A program made the translations under genes and the position numbers. Positions 1-14,982 of a stretch of DNA of 64,000 nt are shown piece after piece. The stretch is from the human T2T-CHM13v2.0 reference genome, Homo sapiens: the NCBI RefSeq assembly GCF_009914755.1, contig NC_060944.1; one strand, given 5' to 3'. Position 1 is the first letter of the stretch. Each line of letters begins with the position of its first letter. The notes below the pieces were generated by a model, which had not been told where the DNA came from, searched no databases, and was given only the letters and a program-made list of their open reading frames with translations.

Positions 1-330
1 TGTGATCAGGGCTGCCGGCCCTGCGAGGGCCGCGCGCGTTCCCCTCTCTCCTGGACGTGCCTGTCTCCAATACTGCACAATCCGCCCTCACTCATTTGCT
101 CCGTTGCCTGTCGAAAGCACAGAGCGTAATTACTAAAGTTAAGAAAACATCCCTGTAATTAGCCAGGCAACTCTAAGCACAAGAAATGGAAATTAGTCAC
201 AGTACCATAAATTAGTTTGTGCATACATTACGTTCAAGGATCGCCCTTGGGGCCCTGTGTTTGCAGTCTTTGGCGAGCAACCCCCCGTATCTCAATAAAG
301 CATTCCTTCCCGGGTGAGTATGTCGCAAGA
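1..330. promoter_or_regulatory. CpG-rich edge of a probable CpG island or regulatory element
   Basis: GCCGCGCGCG and many retained CpGs in non-repeat sequence; TAATTA/AATTAG cores at about 127-215. Confidence 0.4.
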
Positions 331-1600
331 AGGGGAGTTTGGCTTGGATTACAAATTTTTTAATTCTTTCGTAGACAGCAGCCAGAATAAAGTCTAATAT
401 TCCGGCTGGGGAAACAGACACAAGCAAACAGTGATTTTTTTTTTTCCTGTTGATTTTATTTTCCTTTGTGGGCATCTGTTAACCTAGGGCCATCAAGGTG
501 TCTCCAAACAGTGGGCTCATCAATTGCATTGTTTCACTCATTAGGAGCAGTAGTTATAAACTCTTTAAATAACCCTGATTTTCAACTATTTTCACAGTCA
601 CTCCTCTTGCTAGCAAAAGCCAGGAAATTGGACTCAGCTACACACAACATAGCATTTGCATCAAAATAATACAGCAGGCAACAGCAAGCCACAATCACAT
701 CACTCAGAAGGAAGGAATAGAATACAAATTAAAGGAAGAATGTAAATTTTTTGCCATTAAGCTTCAATGACCATTTGAAATGGTGGAAGGCACAAAGGTT
801 CTTGATGAGCGTCATCTAGTTTGATTATTCATACTTGTGTTTCTGCTTGAATTAAAGCAGGAGTGCTAGAGCCCGTTAAGGGAAAATATTTGAATTGATA
901 GTGAACTCTCACCTTGCCGTGCATCCATTTACTTTTCAAATGAATACCAGATAAGTTAGTGCATTTTCTAATCGGCCTGTTTTCCAGTGAGTGCTGTCAT
1001 TACATACCAATTTCTTTTAGAAGTGCTTGCTAAGAAACATTAACTACTCACAAATAAGGAGCTGTCTGTCACAGACTGAGGTCTTAAGCTCACTGGCTCA
1101 TTTCTGCCAGGATAGTTGAGGGCTGTAGAGTCCACAGTTGCCTGGCCTGTCTAAGCTTCAGTCTTTTCCCTACTTCCCAAGCCAGTCCTTAAACATAGGC
1201 AAGGATTTTGCCACCTGCCATGTTTCCAGAACCAGGTGGCATTTGCTCTAGTAATAGCCCAAACCAGCTTACCATTGAGTAAATATGTTATTGTGTGCAG
1301 GTGACCTGGGTCCACCCCCTGCTCTGATCCTAACTGCTGACCCAGACTTCAGATTCAAAGCTGACTGAGGACAGTGTATCATTTATTCCTGAACACCAGC
1401 TCCACAACTAGTAGGTACATTGACTCAACATAGAGAAAACGGGAAATGTAAAGTCTGAGGGTTGTGTGTTTGGGAGAGGTGGGGTGGGGGTGTCTCATTT
1501 TTAAAATACACGTTCAAGTTTTGGACAAGGGCACATAAGCAGAAACTGCTCCTCCTGAGTGGGGAAAGCACCAGAACATTGCTACTCCTCAAGAAGAGAC

Positions 1601-1622
1601 TATATATATATATATATATATA
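1601..1622. repeat. (TA)11 microsatellite
   Basis: direct reading. Confidence 0.95.
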
Positions 1623-2087
1623 TTTGCGCTTAATCAGGGAGAAAGAAAAAGAAGGCACTTACTACCTGGGTCTACATTTGGCATCATAAAGAGTTTCTTT
1701 GGGTTACCCCTCCTGTTGAATGTTACTGGTTACACATTTGTTAAAATGTGTCCATTTTTTTAATCCAAAAATTTACTTTCAGGAGTAATCATGGGTAAAA
1801 TATAGGGCATACCTAAGGGAGTGAAGTATCGCTCACCAACCTTGAGTGACCTTGCTTCCACATGATTTTGTTTTGCAAATTCTGGTCTGTTCATTGACAG
1901 AACAACAACCACATTGATGTGAGCTCCTCATACATCTTCAGCCAAGGCACACAGAAAAAGGAAATGCCTGACAAACAACCCTTCTGAGTGAAGAATGATG
2001 GGATCTAATGCCAGGTGAGAAGAGTCCTTATCTGGTTGGGATCCAAAGGCTACTCTTATTTTTTATTTTTTTAATTAAAAAAATACA

Positions 2088-2343
<256 letters not shown>

Positions 2344-2539
2344 TTAATGAAATAAAATATTATAATCTCAAAATTGGTTAATCTCATAACTGAATTAAAA
2401 GTCAAATGAAAATATAGGGAAAGCTGACCATTAAAGGAGCTGTTGAATATGTGCCGTGGCCACCTATGATAAGGAAGTAACCCAAGCCCGCCCCCGGTAG
2501 TGCCCTCCAGACCTGACTCTGAGATTGTCCATAGGACTC

Positions 2540-2850
2540 TGTTGATTGGCCAGTGGATATCAACACATATGATGTAAGCAGAGACTTGAAAAGCATTTAG
2601 CATTGCCCTCTTGCTGCACTTGGAGATAACCATGTGAACAAGCCCGAGCTATCCTGCTGGAAGATGAGAGACACATGGATAAGAACTAACAACCTGCCCA
2701 ACCATCAGACTTGCGAATGAGGCCATCTTTGGTCATCCAGTCACAAGACACCCCACAGATGTACATTGGCAAGAGTACAACAGGAGTCAGCCGGGACAAC
2801 CCAGCCCAGAAGAGCTGCCCAGACAACCTACAGAATCATGAGCTAAATGT
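2540..2850 (+). mobile_element. MLT1-type MaLR LTR fragment
   Basis: CCATGTGAACAAGCCC and CTACAGAATCATGAGCTAAAT resemble MLT1 3' motifs. Confidence 0.6.
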
Positions 2851-3137
2851 GACACTCAAGGTGTAGGCAAATATGCACAGAGTCTAAGACTTAGGCCCAT
2901 TTTCCTAAAAATTCCCTTTTATTATTGAACCACCGAAATAATTTTTTAATATTCTTAAACAACCAAAATTGTGGTAAGCATGTTCAGGTGCAGTGGAGAC
3001 TGGATAGTGTATTTAGGACTCTCCTGGTGTGCCTCATTACCTACCAATTACACCAGACCATCTGACAAAGCCTGCTCTTAACCATACAGGTAACTGTATT
3101 CGAAATGACACTTTTGAATATTTTGAGGACTAAATGA

Positions 3138-3159
3138 GTGTGTGTGTGTGTGTGTGTGT
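3138..3159. repeat. (GT)n microsatellite
   Basis: direct reading. Confidence 0.95.
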
Positions 3160-3319
3160 ATGTTTGTGTATAGTAAATGCTGTCTGTGCTCTGTCCCCAT
3201 TCCCTACACGTCCTTCTCATGTTTATGTGTGTGCATTCACTCCAGCAGCCAGGACCTCCTTTCTTTGGGAGAAACTATTCCTCACCCAACCAAACCACAG
3301 GGCTCTCTCATGGACTGAC

Positions 3320-3630
3320 AGTCTTAGTCCACCCCTAACCCAGCCACAGGTGACTGATCCATCAACAGGCAAGTGACCCAAATCACACCAACCAGAATCC
3401 TGGCCTGGAATTTTCAAACTAAAGCCTAGGAGAGACAGATGGTTAGACTTATCAACAAGGACCTCTCAGCAGCTGTGTTCCCTTCCAGTCTGATATTCAG
3501 AGAGACAGAGAAAAAAAGAGACCAGTAGAGTATATGTCATGGGCCTTCCCCATGAGATGAGGCACCAATGTGCCTTTTTGTCCCAAGTCAGTTAGAGGTA
3601 TGTTTCTGTCACTTGCAACCAACAGATCTC
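3320..3630 (+). mobile_element. old ERVL/MaLR LTR fragment (LTR33/MLT1K-like)
   Basis: ends TTTCTGTCACTTGCAACCAA. Confidence 0.45.
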
Positions 3631-4239
3631 TGGTTGACTGACACCTCTGGATTCCTGGTTTCCTAGCACTCTTGGTCTTATTTGAAATCCACTTGCTGAA
3701 GCCACCTATTAGACCTAGACTGACTGCTCCTTCTTGGTCATATCTTGGATATGGTGTTTCCCCTCAGGGTTCCTGAAGTCTGTTCTTTGTCCACTCATGC
3801 AGTGTGGTCCCAAGAAGAATAAAAACATGAAGTTCACAGCACTGCGGAGAACAGCATCAGCCTTTTCCTAACTAAAGCTCTTTACTTCGTTAGACATTAG
3901 CTCCCTCTTCTTTGCTCAGCCTCCTCAGCCACTAGTGACCAGCATTAACCTTGAGGTTGTCTAAAGATGAAAGAAGAGGCCTAGACAATTCATGACCAAA
4001 ACACAATCATAGCGACTCTGTTTGACATAGAGAGGAATTGGACAACATTGGATCATTCATATGAATATGTGCATGTTTAATTAAGTTGGCAGAGACAACA
4101 CTCTTGCCATGTGACACAGCGGCTCTCAAACTTTACTTGTTTCAGAAACATCTGTGATGCTTTTTCTATCTACAGATACCACAGTCCCTCCCCAGACCTC
4201 TTGGATACAGGCTTTGAAAGTGGGTTAAAAATAAGAGCA

Positions 4240-4980
4240 AATGATAAAAATCACCAGATTAAAAATGGGCAAAGGACTTGAATAGTCATTTCTCCAAAGA
4301 TGATGAACAAATGGCCAAAAAGCACATGGAAGATGCTCATCATCATTAATCATTAGGGAAATGCAAATCAAAACACAATGAAATACCACCTCTGGTTGAA
4401 TCCACAGATATGGAACCTACAGAAATGGAGGGCCAACTGTATTTGTCCTTTTGCAATTGGCTTATTTCACTATTTTTATTTGTATTATTTTTTATTGTTT
4501 TTTCTGAATATTTTCAATAATACCAATAAAAAACAGTTTAACAACTATTTACATAGCATTTACATTGTATTCGGTATTATAAGTTATCTAGAGATGATTT
4601 CAAGTATTAAGGAGGATGTATGTAGGGTATGTGCAAATACAACACCATTTTATATAAGAGACTTTAGAGTATCCATGGATTTTGGTATCTGTATTGTACA
4701 ATTCCACTTATATGAGATACTTATAGTCAAAATCATAGAGACAGAAGGTAGAATGGTGGTTGCCAGGGGCTGGGGGGTGGGGGGAATAGGAGTCATTGTT
4801 TAATGGGTATAGGGGTTCAGTCTTACAAGAGGAAAAGTGTTCTGGAGATGGATAGTGCTGATGGTTGCACAACAATAAGAAAGCACTTAATACCACTGAA
4901 CTGCACACTTAAAAACGGAAAAGATGGTAAATTTTATATCATGTGTATTTTACCACAATAAAATAAAAATGAAAAAAAAA
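4240..4980 (+). mobile_element. L1M (L1MB-like) 3' fragment interrupted by MER2 and rearranged
   Basis: AAAATGGGCAAAGGACTTGAATAG...GGGAAATGCAAATCAAAAC; 3' UTR GGTTGCCAGGGGCTGG; A tail. Confidence 0.85.
4393..4691 (-). mobile_element. MER2 (TcMar-Tigger) in scrambled pieces
   Basis: TGGTTGAATCC...GGGCCAACTGTA terminus; CAACTATTTACATAGCATTTACATTGTA...GGATTTTGGTATC body. Confidence 0.8.
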
Positions 4981-5019
4981 TTAGTTGCCTGGCATTCGCT
5001 ATGTGCTATGAGTTGGCTT

Positions 5020-5255
5020 TAGCGGTATAATGGAAAGAGTTCAGGCTTTGAAATGAGGGAGGCCTGGGCTCAATGCTCCGGCACCTGCACTGAACCTGCC
5101 ACGTGGTGTTGAGTGAGCTACTTCATCTTTTGGTATTTAATTTGTGCATCAATAAAATGGCAGCAATAATATCTACCTGTTACTTTTTACCCTTCTACCC
5201 TACCTTGTAGATATTATTTAGGATAAAATGACATAAGGTATGTAAAGATACTGGG
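5020..5255 (+). mobile_element. MIR
   Basis: GGCTTTGAAAT..CCTGGG start; AATAAAATGG..AATAATATCTACC core. Confidence 0.6.
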
Positions 5256-6114
5256 TGCATCGTAGTTCTGCCCCACAGGCCCCCAGCTGTTAATTCTCAC
5301 TGTAGTTAATTATCTCTTCCTTTTCTATCTTTATTGTCAAATATTCACCCATAGGAAGCCTTATTCACCCTTTCCCCAAACATACTCTCAACACTGCCAT
5401 CTGGGGAACATTCCACTTACCTTTTCTTCCATGTAGATATTATCTTGAATAATACTTGTTTTAGTTACAGAAACTCACCTTTTGATATGATGTGATCACT
5501 GGTAATGTCAGTCTGAATGTGGACAGGACATGTCGGACAGCAAGGCTGCCTGGCCTCCCTCCCTAGCGCTAGGACAGTGTCCTCAGAAACAGAGCGCCAG
5601 GGCCTAGCTGAGCATTCACCCACGTAAGTGTCTACCATCAGTTGTCCTCCTTTGCCAGACCCTGGTCCCCACCTGATGAAATCCGTCTTACCTTTCCCAG
5701 CCCCCACTGAACTGCCACCTCCTCCCTGAAGCCTGCCCTTTCCTTACCCAAATGTGACTGACCTCCCACTTCTCAACCACCCTTGCAGCTGATTTCTACC
5801 TCTCCAGCAGCCCCTACCACATCTTGCCTAGTGATCTGTCGACTTGTATCTGCAGATCCAGGCTCCGCAGTTGCTAACGCTGTACTTCTCTCAGCCTCAT
5901 TTTCCACATTTCTAAAATAAAATGGGAATATAAAGACTGCCTACTTCAGGGGCTTTCTGTGGCAATCAATTGAGCTGAAATATATAAAGCCTCATACGTG
6001 AATGCTCGGTAATTTTTATGAAGGAGGAGGATGATGAGGATGAATTTTTCTGTCCTTACCATGAGTCCCAACAATCAGGGGCCATGTGGGTCTTTTTAAA
6101 ATTTGTTTAAATTG

Positions 6115-6572
<458 letters not shown>

Positions 6573-7282
6573 CAAGAGGCCATGTTTTTGATCTTGGAAT
6601 TTCACGGTACCTAAGGCCACATAGTACACCCTCAGGAAAGCAAACAAGTTAATGACAAATTAAAGGTAACCTGTATTTATTGCTGTCGCCTTTCCAATCA
6701 TGGTGACGTGTCATAGGGTGGGTGCGTTCTTCCTCAGAGACAGACCCCGAGCTGTACCCCAACCTAGTCTTCTCCCAGCTAAATCTCCCTCCCTGGTCAC
6801 CTCATTCTAGTTCATGAAGTGATTGGCACATTTGCTTAGCTCTACGGCTGCTTCATCACGATTCTTTTAGTCAGTATCTTCACACTAGTATATGAGCTTT
6901 CTTATGACTCAGAACTATTTAATAAGGATCCCAAGCCACTAATCTGACATTCTGGACACAGAAGAACTCACATTCATCACGTACTAAGGTGATGTTTTCA
7001 AAGCGCCACAGCTATCCCTCTTCCCCCTTTCATTGGGCAAGTTTTAGTTTTGGCCAAGACGTCTTTTCTCGATGTCCACTCGCTTCTCTGGAATTCAGTG
7101 TTGCAGTGTCGCTCTCAGCCTTTGAATACTTTCCCCTTTACCAGTTACAGGCAGAGCTCGGGAAAGTGCTGTACCAACATGTGCCAGCAGGGACCTGGGA
7201 GCCTGAAGGCTACACTCGCTTCTGCCACAGCATTTGCTTCCTGGGGTTGCTCCACCCAACTGGCCCAGGAGAAAAGGGCTCA

Positions 7283-7795
<513 letters not shown>

Positions 7796-9969
7796 TCATT
7801 CCCTTGCTGGCTACTCTACAAATCAAGTCTCTAATTTAGCAAAGGTGAATCTTTCCCAAAATGGAAGGATGTTGGTTATAATTAAGTAGAAATCCTAGGT
7901 TTTCTACCTGCTTAACAAGTAGCTCAAAGCTTGTCTTCTTGTGTCTTCAGGAAAGGCACAGCAAACCGTGCATCTGTTTACACTCAGATGCCTCTGGCTG
8001 GGGCCCTGGGCCACCCACACATCCCGAAGCCCCCACCCTCCCACTGCTGCCATTTGCTAGCACATGCACGGCACCAGTCAGAACATTTCACAGAGCTCAG
8101 GCTTTGTGGGGGTGGCAGTGGGGGGGACAACAACTGGTTTTTGGCCAGTTCACCTTTGTCTGTTAAATCAAGCAGGGAGGAAAGTGCTTTTTTTTTTTTG
8201 TTCTGGAATGTAGAACTTCCACTCTGTGGAGAATGAACTTGAAAATGTATCAGTGAACTTTAGGAGAGTGATTTCATAATTAAAATAACAAGACCTGAAA
8301 ACCTGCCACTCAATTATTTATTCTCTTCATGTCCTGATTATCTTTTTAATTTGCAAAGGCAGATTTTATTTGTTTATTTATTTTTTGGCCAGCCAAGAAT
8401 GCCAGCTAGCCGCTCCGGGGCTACGTTGTGAACACTAGGAATGGTGTCCAATTATGTTAAGTTGGATTCAAATTTCACTTTTGAAACAACAACCAAAAAA
8501 ATGCAACTGGGAGTGGGGTGTGGGTCTAACCTGGGTTCAGAAAGGTTAATGAGAAAACCACAAAATCCCACATCACAGTCTAAAGTTCCATAAAGAAACT
8601 GTCCTCTCTCACTCCACCCCCTCTTTCTTGTTTAATCTTGGGGCAAGGGAGGGTGATGTTGAAATTAACCCATTATGCTTTCAAGAACACTACATGCAAA
8701 TTAAATGTGTTTGTTTTCCAAAATCTACTTTGTTTTCTGCCTTCCCCGCTACCATCTCTTAATAACTAAATTTCCCCTGCCACTGATAATTATAATTTGG
8801 GAGGGGAGTTAAGCCATGGCATTAGCCAGGCTCTATACGCTTCTTCACCCTGTGACCCAAATGTTGGATTAATGAGGACATATGGCCTTATCCTGCTGAT
8901 AAAGCCTTGGGGTCAGCCTTGGAGGCCACACTGGCGCCCCTCCCTGGTGGTCCCTATTGTTCAGCCTCAGAGCACAGGAGATTACCCAACCCGGCCTCTC
9001 AGACAGTTGTATACCTGACCTTCTGCAGCAGCCTAAGGGGTAGGGTGGGTGGATGGGAGAGAAGCCAGAACCTCACAGAAAGAAGGGCTTTCCTCTCCTG
9101 CAGGTCCCCAAAGCCACCCAGCCTGAACCCTGGGGACCAGCAGCCCTGGCATCCAGACACAGGCCAGGCAGACCTCAGAAAGCCTCTCAAGGCAATCGCA
9201 GGCCTCAGGGCTGCCTGCTTATTTCCTGGGCCAATAACCACCACTACACACACACCCAAGGGGACACATGTGATTTCACTATGGCCTGAGGGACAAACGG
9301 ACCAATGAGGCCTGAGGGGGGCTGATGGGAAAGGAAATGTCTCCCTTATTCTTTCTCCCAGTTGCTTCTTTCCACAATCTGGGATTTCTCCAAAGGGATC
9401 CTGGGGCCCTGGGCAAATCACACACTACATACTGCACCTGGATTCCTTGAGAGAAAAAACTCTTCATGTTTATGAGGCTTCCTGGTTTACAAGCTGCATT
9501 CACACCCATGAGCTCACTGATGTTGTATGGCACTATGACCATTTCTCCTACTTCACAGATGAGAAAATGAAAGTCAAGACAGTCTAAATGGCTGGTCCAG
9601 TATCCCACAGTGTATAACTGATGTGACTGGGTATGGTCCTCAGATCTCCTGGTCTGAACCTTCTACTCCTCCTAGCTCTTTCCTACTCCCCTATTTAAGA
9701 AAAGGAAAATAAAAAGGCTGCCTGCATCCTGACAAGTGAAGGGGCTTGAGCAAGAAACTCCGGCCAACAGGGCATAACCCCTTGATATATACACTCATTG
9801 CCCCTCTGAGGTCCTGATCCCATCCACAGCATAGAGGGCATCTCCCTCAAGACCCCCATTGAAGTACCCTCCAGCCTGCTTGCAAACGGATATTGAGTAG
9901 GTATGAAGAGGGTAGAAGAGGCAACTGACTCTTTCCAAATCTAAGAACATCAGATCAACGGGAAGATAA

Positions 9970-10890
9970 TTTCTGCTTCCTGCCATGACAGCATGCCAAA
10001 TTCCAGACTATCTCTTCCACTGTAGGCCACTAACAAAACTATTTTTAGACATTAGAAGGCAACACAAGACTGTGGCCCTGAGGGAAGAGAAACACACAAG
10101 GTGAGACCAATGATGGCCCAGCTGTCTACCTGGAGACACTGTCCAGACCACAGTACAGAGAGATGGAGACCAAACAGACCATGGTGGCTGCATTGAGAGG
10201 AGGAGTCAAACATCACAGTTTGGATCTGCTGACATGGCTGAAGTATGAGATCAGGAGACTGAAAAGGATGGAGTTGTGCACAAAAAGAGCTCCAGAATCT
10301 GCATAAAGATCCTCTTAAACCTTTGGCTCAAGACTAAATTGCACCTGTGCAAAGAAAAAATTCATGAGAACAATCCCTGGGGAGCTATGTGCTGGATGGG
10401 GATTCTGGAGTTTACAGAGGATAGAGAGACGCTGGAGTTCTAACAGCTAGAGTGGAGAGACATCAATGAATGTCCCAGGCATTGAGTCAATACTCCCAAA
10501 AAGCCACACCTTGGGAGTAGGACTCAACTAGAGGTCTAAAGTGAAGACTACTCTAGACCCACCCTAACAAAGTTCAAAAAACAAGCTTCCAAGGGATCAA
10601 ACTCATTGGCAAGGAAATTAACTGCCTGCCAGAACTACACTCAATGCTCAACAAAATCCAGAACTCAAGGGCATACAATCCAAAAACTGTAGACAAGCAA
10701 AGTAGGGAAATGTGACCCATAACCAGAAGAAAAATGAGTCAATAGAAACGACCCAGAGATGACAGTATTTTTAGAATTAGCAGGTGAGGGCTTAAAGCAG
10801 CTATTACAAATATGTTCAAAGGATTTTTTTAATACCATAATCAAAAACAAACAGGGAATCTCAATAAAGAATGGAAATCATTTAGCAAAA
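9970..10890 (+). mobile_element. old L1M 5'UTR/ORF1 fragment
   Basis: AAATGTGACCCATAACCAGAAGAAAAAT..ATAGAAAC..CCAGAGATGACA..TTAGAATTAGCAG resembles the L1M ORF1 start. Confidence 0.65.
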
Positions 10891-11274
10891 AAAAAAAGAG
10901 TTATCCCAGCCCCATGGTCCACCAGGTGTCACACTGAACTGCAACTCACCCCAGCATGTACCTTCTTTTCACCTTTCTTGACCACAATTCACCTCAGTCC
11001 CCTTTGTGCACCCCACTTCCCTTTCCAAATTCCCAGTGCCATCCCCTCCCTTTCCTGCATCTGCTCATGTGTACAATTGACCATCTTTTTAAAGGCCAAA
11101 ATAATGGGATGAGGCCCTTTCTTACAAGTGCCAAGAATGGGAATAAGAAGATTTAAGAAAGACATCTACTTCCTTTTCTTGTTGTCACTGTCTATGTGTA
11201 GTATGCCATGGTAGTTCAGCTCACAGACTGCCTGGGTGAATCCTGGCTCCACTGTTTGCAAACTACACAAATAG

Positions 11275-12810
11275 GTAGGGTGTATAATACCAGCTTCTAT
11301 TACAAACAAAGCCTCACATCTCAGCGACCTAGCACAATAGAAGTTTATTTCTTAACCCTTCTGGACATTGTCCTAGGCAAAGAATTCATGACTAAGCCCC
11401 CAAAAGCAAATGCAACAAAAACAAAAAGAAATAAATGGGACCTAATTAAACTTAATAGCTTCTGCTCAGTAAAAGAAATAATCAGCAGAGTAAACAGACA
11501 ACCAACAGACAGGGAGAAAATATTTACAAACTATGCATCTGACAAAGGACTAGTGTTCGGAATCTACAAGGAACTCAAACAAATCAGCAAAAAAAAAAAT
11601 AATAATTCCATCAAAAAGTGGGCAAAGGTCATGAATAGACAATTCTCAGAAGAAGATGTCCAAACAGCCAACAAACATATGAAAAAATGCTGAACGTCAC
11701 TAATCATCAGGGAAATGCAGATTAAAACCACAGTGAGATACCACCTTACTCATACAAGAATGTCCATAATTAAAAAGTCAAAAACCAATAGATGTAGGTG
11801 TGGATGTGGTGAAAAGGGAACACTTTTACACTGCTGGTGGGAATGTAAATTGGTACAACCTCTGTGGAAAACAGTATGGACATTTCTTAAATAGCTAAAA
11901 GTAGATCTACCATATGATCCAGCAATCCCACTACTGGGTGTCTACCCAGAGGAAAAGAAGTCATATGAAAAAGACACACGCACATGCATGTTTAAAGCAG
12001 CACAAGTCACATTTGGAAAGATGTGGAACCAACCTAAGTCCCCATCGACCAACAAGTGCATAAAGAAAATGTGGTGTGTATATATACGATGAAATACTAC
12101 TCAGCCATAAAAAGGAACAAAATAGTGTCTTTTGCAGCAACTTGGATGGAGCTGGAAGCCGTTATTCTAAGTGAAGTAACCCAGGAATGGAAAACCAAAT
12201 ACGTATGTTCTCACTTGTAAGTGGGAGCTAAGCTATGAGGACACAAAGACACACAGAGTGACATAGTGGACTTTGGAGACTCAGAGGTGGGGAGGCTGGA
12301 GTAGGGGAGGAATAAAAGGCTACATATTAGGAACAGTGTACACTGCTCAGGTGCACAAAAATCTCAGAAATCACCACTATAGAATTATTCATGTATCCAA
12401 AAGCCATTTGTAACCCAAAAGCTAATGAAATAAAAATTAATTAATTAATTAAATTTTTAAAACCGTTTATTTCTTGCTCACACAAAATCCAAAGTGGATG
12501 TTTCTGGTTGGGAGGTGCTTTCCATGTGATCATTCAGGACTCTAGTTTCCTTGCATCTTATGGCTGCACCATTCCCTGGGCCTCAGACTCCTCGTTGGGC
12601 CCTCTGCAGTCAGCTGCCAGATCAGGGCAGAGCATGCGGAGGATCGTGGAGGAGGCTTTCACAGCCACTTCTGCACATAGTCCATTGGTCAGAACTGTCA
12701 TGTGGCCACATCTAACTGCAAAGACAATGAGGAAATATATTCTAGCTAGATGCTCAAGAGGAAGAAAAAAATGGGCCTTAGCCATCACATAGCTGTCTCT
12801 GCCTCACTGT
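11275..12810 (-). mobile_element. MLT1 LTR split by L1PB insertion
   Basis: CAATAGAAGTTTATTTCTT continues as GCTCACAC after the L1; GTCATGTGGCCACATCTAACTGCAAAG. Confidence 0.6.
11354..12464 (+). mobile_element. 5'-truncated L1PB (ORF2 C-terminus + 3' UTR)
   Basis: frame 11208-11693 reads [11 protein letters not shown]...[11 protein letters not shown]...ANKHMKKC (L1 ORF2); TSD GTTTATTTCTT at 11343 and 12465. Confidence 0.93.
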
Positions 12811-12811
12811 G

Positions 12812-12990
12812 AAAACCTGGGGAAGTTACTTATCTTTGAGCCTCAATTTCCTTGTCTGTAAACAGGCATAGAAATGATACCTGCTTCAGGTATTATTCAG
12901 GGGGCTATCGTGATGGTTAAATGAGACAGTCCATATGAAGCAATTAGCAGGAGGCTGGAACATAGTAAACATTTAAGAAACGTTGCCTAT
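12812..12990 (+). mobile_element. MIR
   Basis: GGAAGTTACTT..GAGCCTCAATTTCCTTGTCTGTAAA core. Confidence 0.75.
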
Positions 12991-14662
12991 TACAATTATT
13001 ACAACATTTGCATTTAATTAATTTCTCCCCACCCATGAAGTGTTTCTAACATGTGGGCCTAAACCAGGGGTGCTTTAACTTTTGGACATTATGTTGTTTT
13101 TTAGTCAAGAAGTAGTAAAACATGAATTATTATATATGCATTGGCCCTCTATATAATAGGATTTTCATACCCAACAAGATCTTTTTACTTAAAAAGATTT
13201 GAGAACTACAGCCCTAAAGGACCTGGAATGCTCTTTTGTACACAGTGGGTGATTAATATGTTGAATAAATGGGGTTTCTTGCCACCTCTCTTTTTTTTCT
13301 TCCCTTACTTCTGCTTCCTGGTCTCACTTTTGCCTATTCATCCCATATTCCATACCTCCACCACTATCAGCACCGCCACACACACACGCACAACACACAC
13401 ACACGCACGCACACGTGTTGACAGCCACTTAACCTCCTGATCTTCGCTTGGGGTGTAGACAGCCCTCCACCCACCCAGCCCAGTCCCGCTGTGTCCTGCA
13501 GCCTCAATACACAACCTCCAGGCCCTGCAGCCACTTCAGGGTCTAACAAAACCCCAACCCCCTTGCTAGGTTCCTCAGAGGCTCTAGAAAAACAAGCCAG
13601 CTACGCTCACTCATACTTGATAGGGAACGGCCTTGCTGAAGCATTTATCTGTTCTCAGATGGATATCTGTTCACTAAAATCAATTTTTAATTAGTTGTAT
13701 TTTAAGCCATGCAAAGAAGGAATGTGTGAACAGTGGTGAAAGTCTCTCCATAAGTCACAATACCAGGCTTTCTTTGAAATTTAAAATTGGTGTGAATAGG
13801 AAGGGACCATCACACACACACCCCCACGACCTCCTTGACAAACTCTTTCTCCCACCAAGTGGATAAGTTGGTCCCTCATTAGCTTTCAGCCTCAACTGCC
13901 CTGTCTGCTCCTCATCCCTTGGCTAGCAGGGTCATCTTTCAGCACAAATGGTTGTCACTGACCATGCAGTCTGAAGCTCAATATCCACTCTGTGGATTCA
14001 GCATTCTGCATACCTAGAGGTGGTGAACTTTTGAGCCTGAGCTCCAGAAACACCTGGTCACTGGTGCTCCTGGAAGAACGAATGAAGCTGAGGCCCCCTC
14101 AGATTATGATCCAAGCACCCTGAGACACAAGAGGCTGATGCATCACTCACTTCTCTCTACTCCTTTTTTTGATCCATACATAGCCACCTCTAAAGTCACT
14201 CAGAAAGAAAACAGAATGTCACTTCCCTGACTTATCCAGGGGCTTAATTTACCCCCAGCCCCAAGATGATGATCCATTTCATCAAATGTGTCAGGTTAAC
14301 TTTCCTGCGCATTACACTTGATCAAGACATGAGCATTCCAGTCTTCGTGCTGCTCTTCATTTTTCCAGGGCAAGATCAGCTGCCATTGATGCTGCTAAAA
14401 TCTGGGGCCAATGCAGGTGATTCCTGCCATCCTGGCTCCATGAGGATGTTTGAGGACAAAATGGAGCTGTGCATAAGAAAGTCCACAGTGTCGTTAATTA
14501 GACATAAGACTTGAGCTCCCATTTTCCTAAACAGAATTTACACCAGCTTCTAAGACCAAGAGGTAATCCCCACACCTTATGTTAGCTGTGAAGTCTCCTT
14601 CCTTAACCATTTCTTCAGCAGTTCTTACATAGGAAAATTATCTGATTCATGTTTCCCTCTGC

Positions 14663-14982
14663 TTTTTCTTTTTTTTTTTTTTTTTTTGAGACAGGGTCTT
14701 GCTCTGTCACCCAGGCTGGTGTGCGGCGGCATGATCACGGCTCACTGCAGCCCCAATCTCCCAGGCTCAAGCGATCCTCCTACTTCAGCCTCCTGAGTAG
14801 CTGAGACTATAGGCACACGCCACTACCTCTGGCTAAATTTTTACTTTTTTTTTTTTTTTTTTTTGTAGAAATGGGGTTTCGCCATGTTGCCCAGGCTGGT
14901 CTCAAACTCCTGAGCTCAAGGAATCCTCCTGCCTCGACCTCCCCAAGTGCTGGGATTACAGGCCTGAGCCACCGCACCCAGC
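14663..14982 (-). mobile_element. AluJ
   Basis: antisense dimer, polyT, TSD TTCCC(T/G)CTGCTTTT. Confidence 0.95.

Noticed and set aside
9037-9057. Canonical G-quadruplex motif GGGGTAGGGTGGGTGGATGGG
   Set aside because: The motif is real but very common, and no functional context is visible.
11208-11693. 161-aa ORF
   Set aside because: L1 ORF2 C-terminal fragment of a truncated L1PB.
14350-14422. Possible 48-bp exon (TTTTCCAG...CAG/GTGATT)
   Set aside because: Weak donor and no partner exons; cannot be supported without RNA data.
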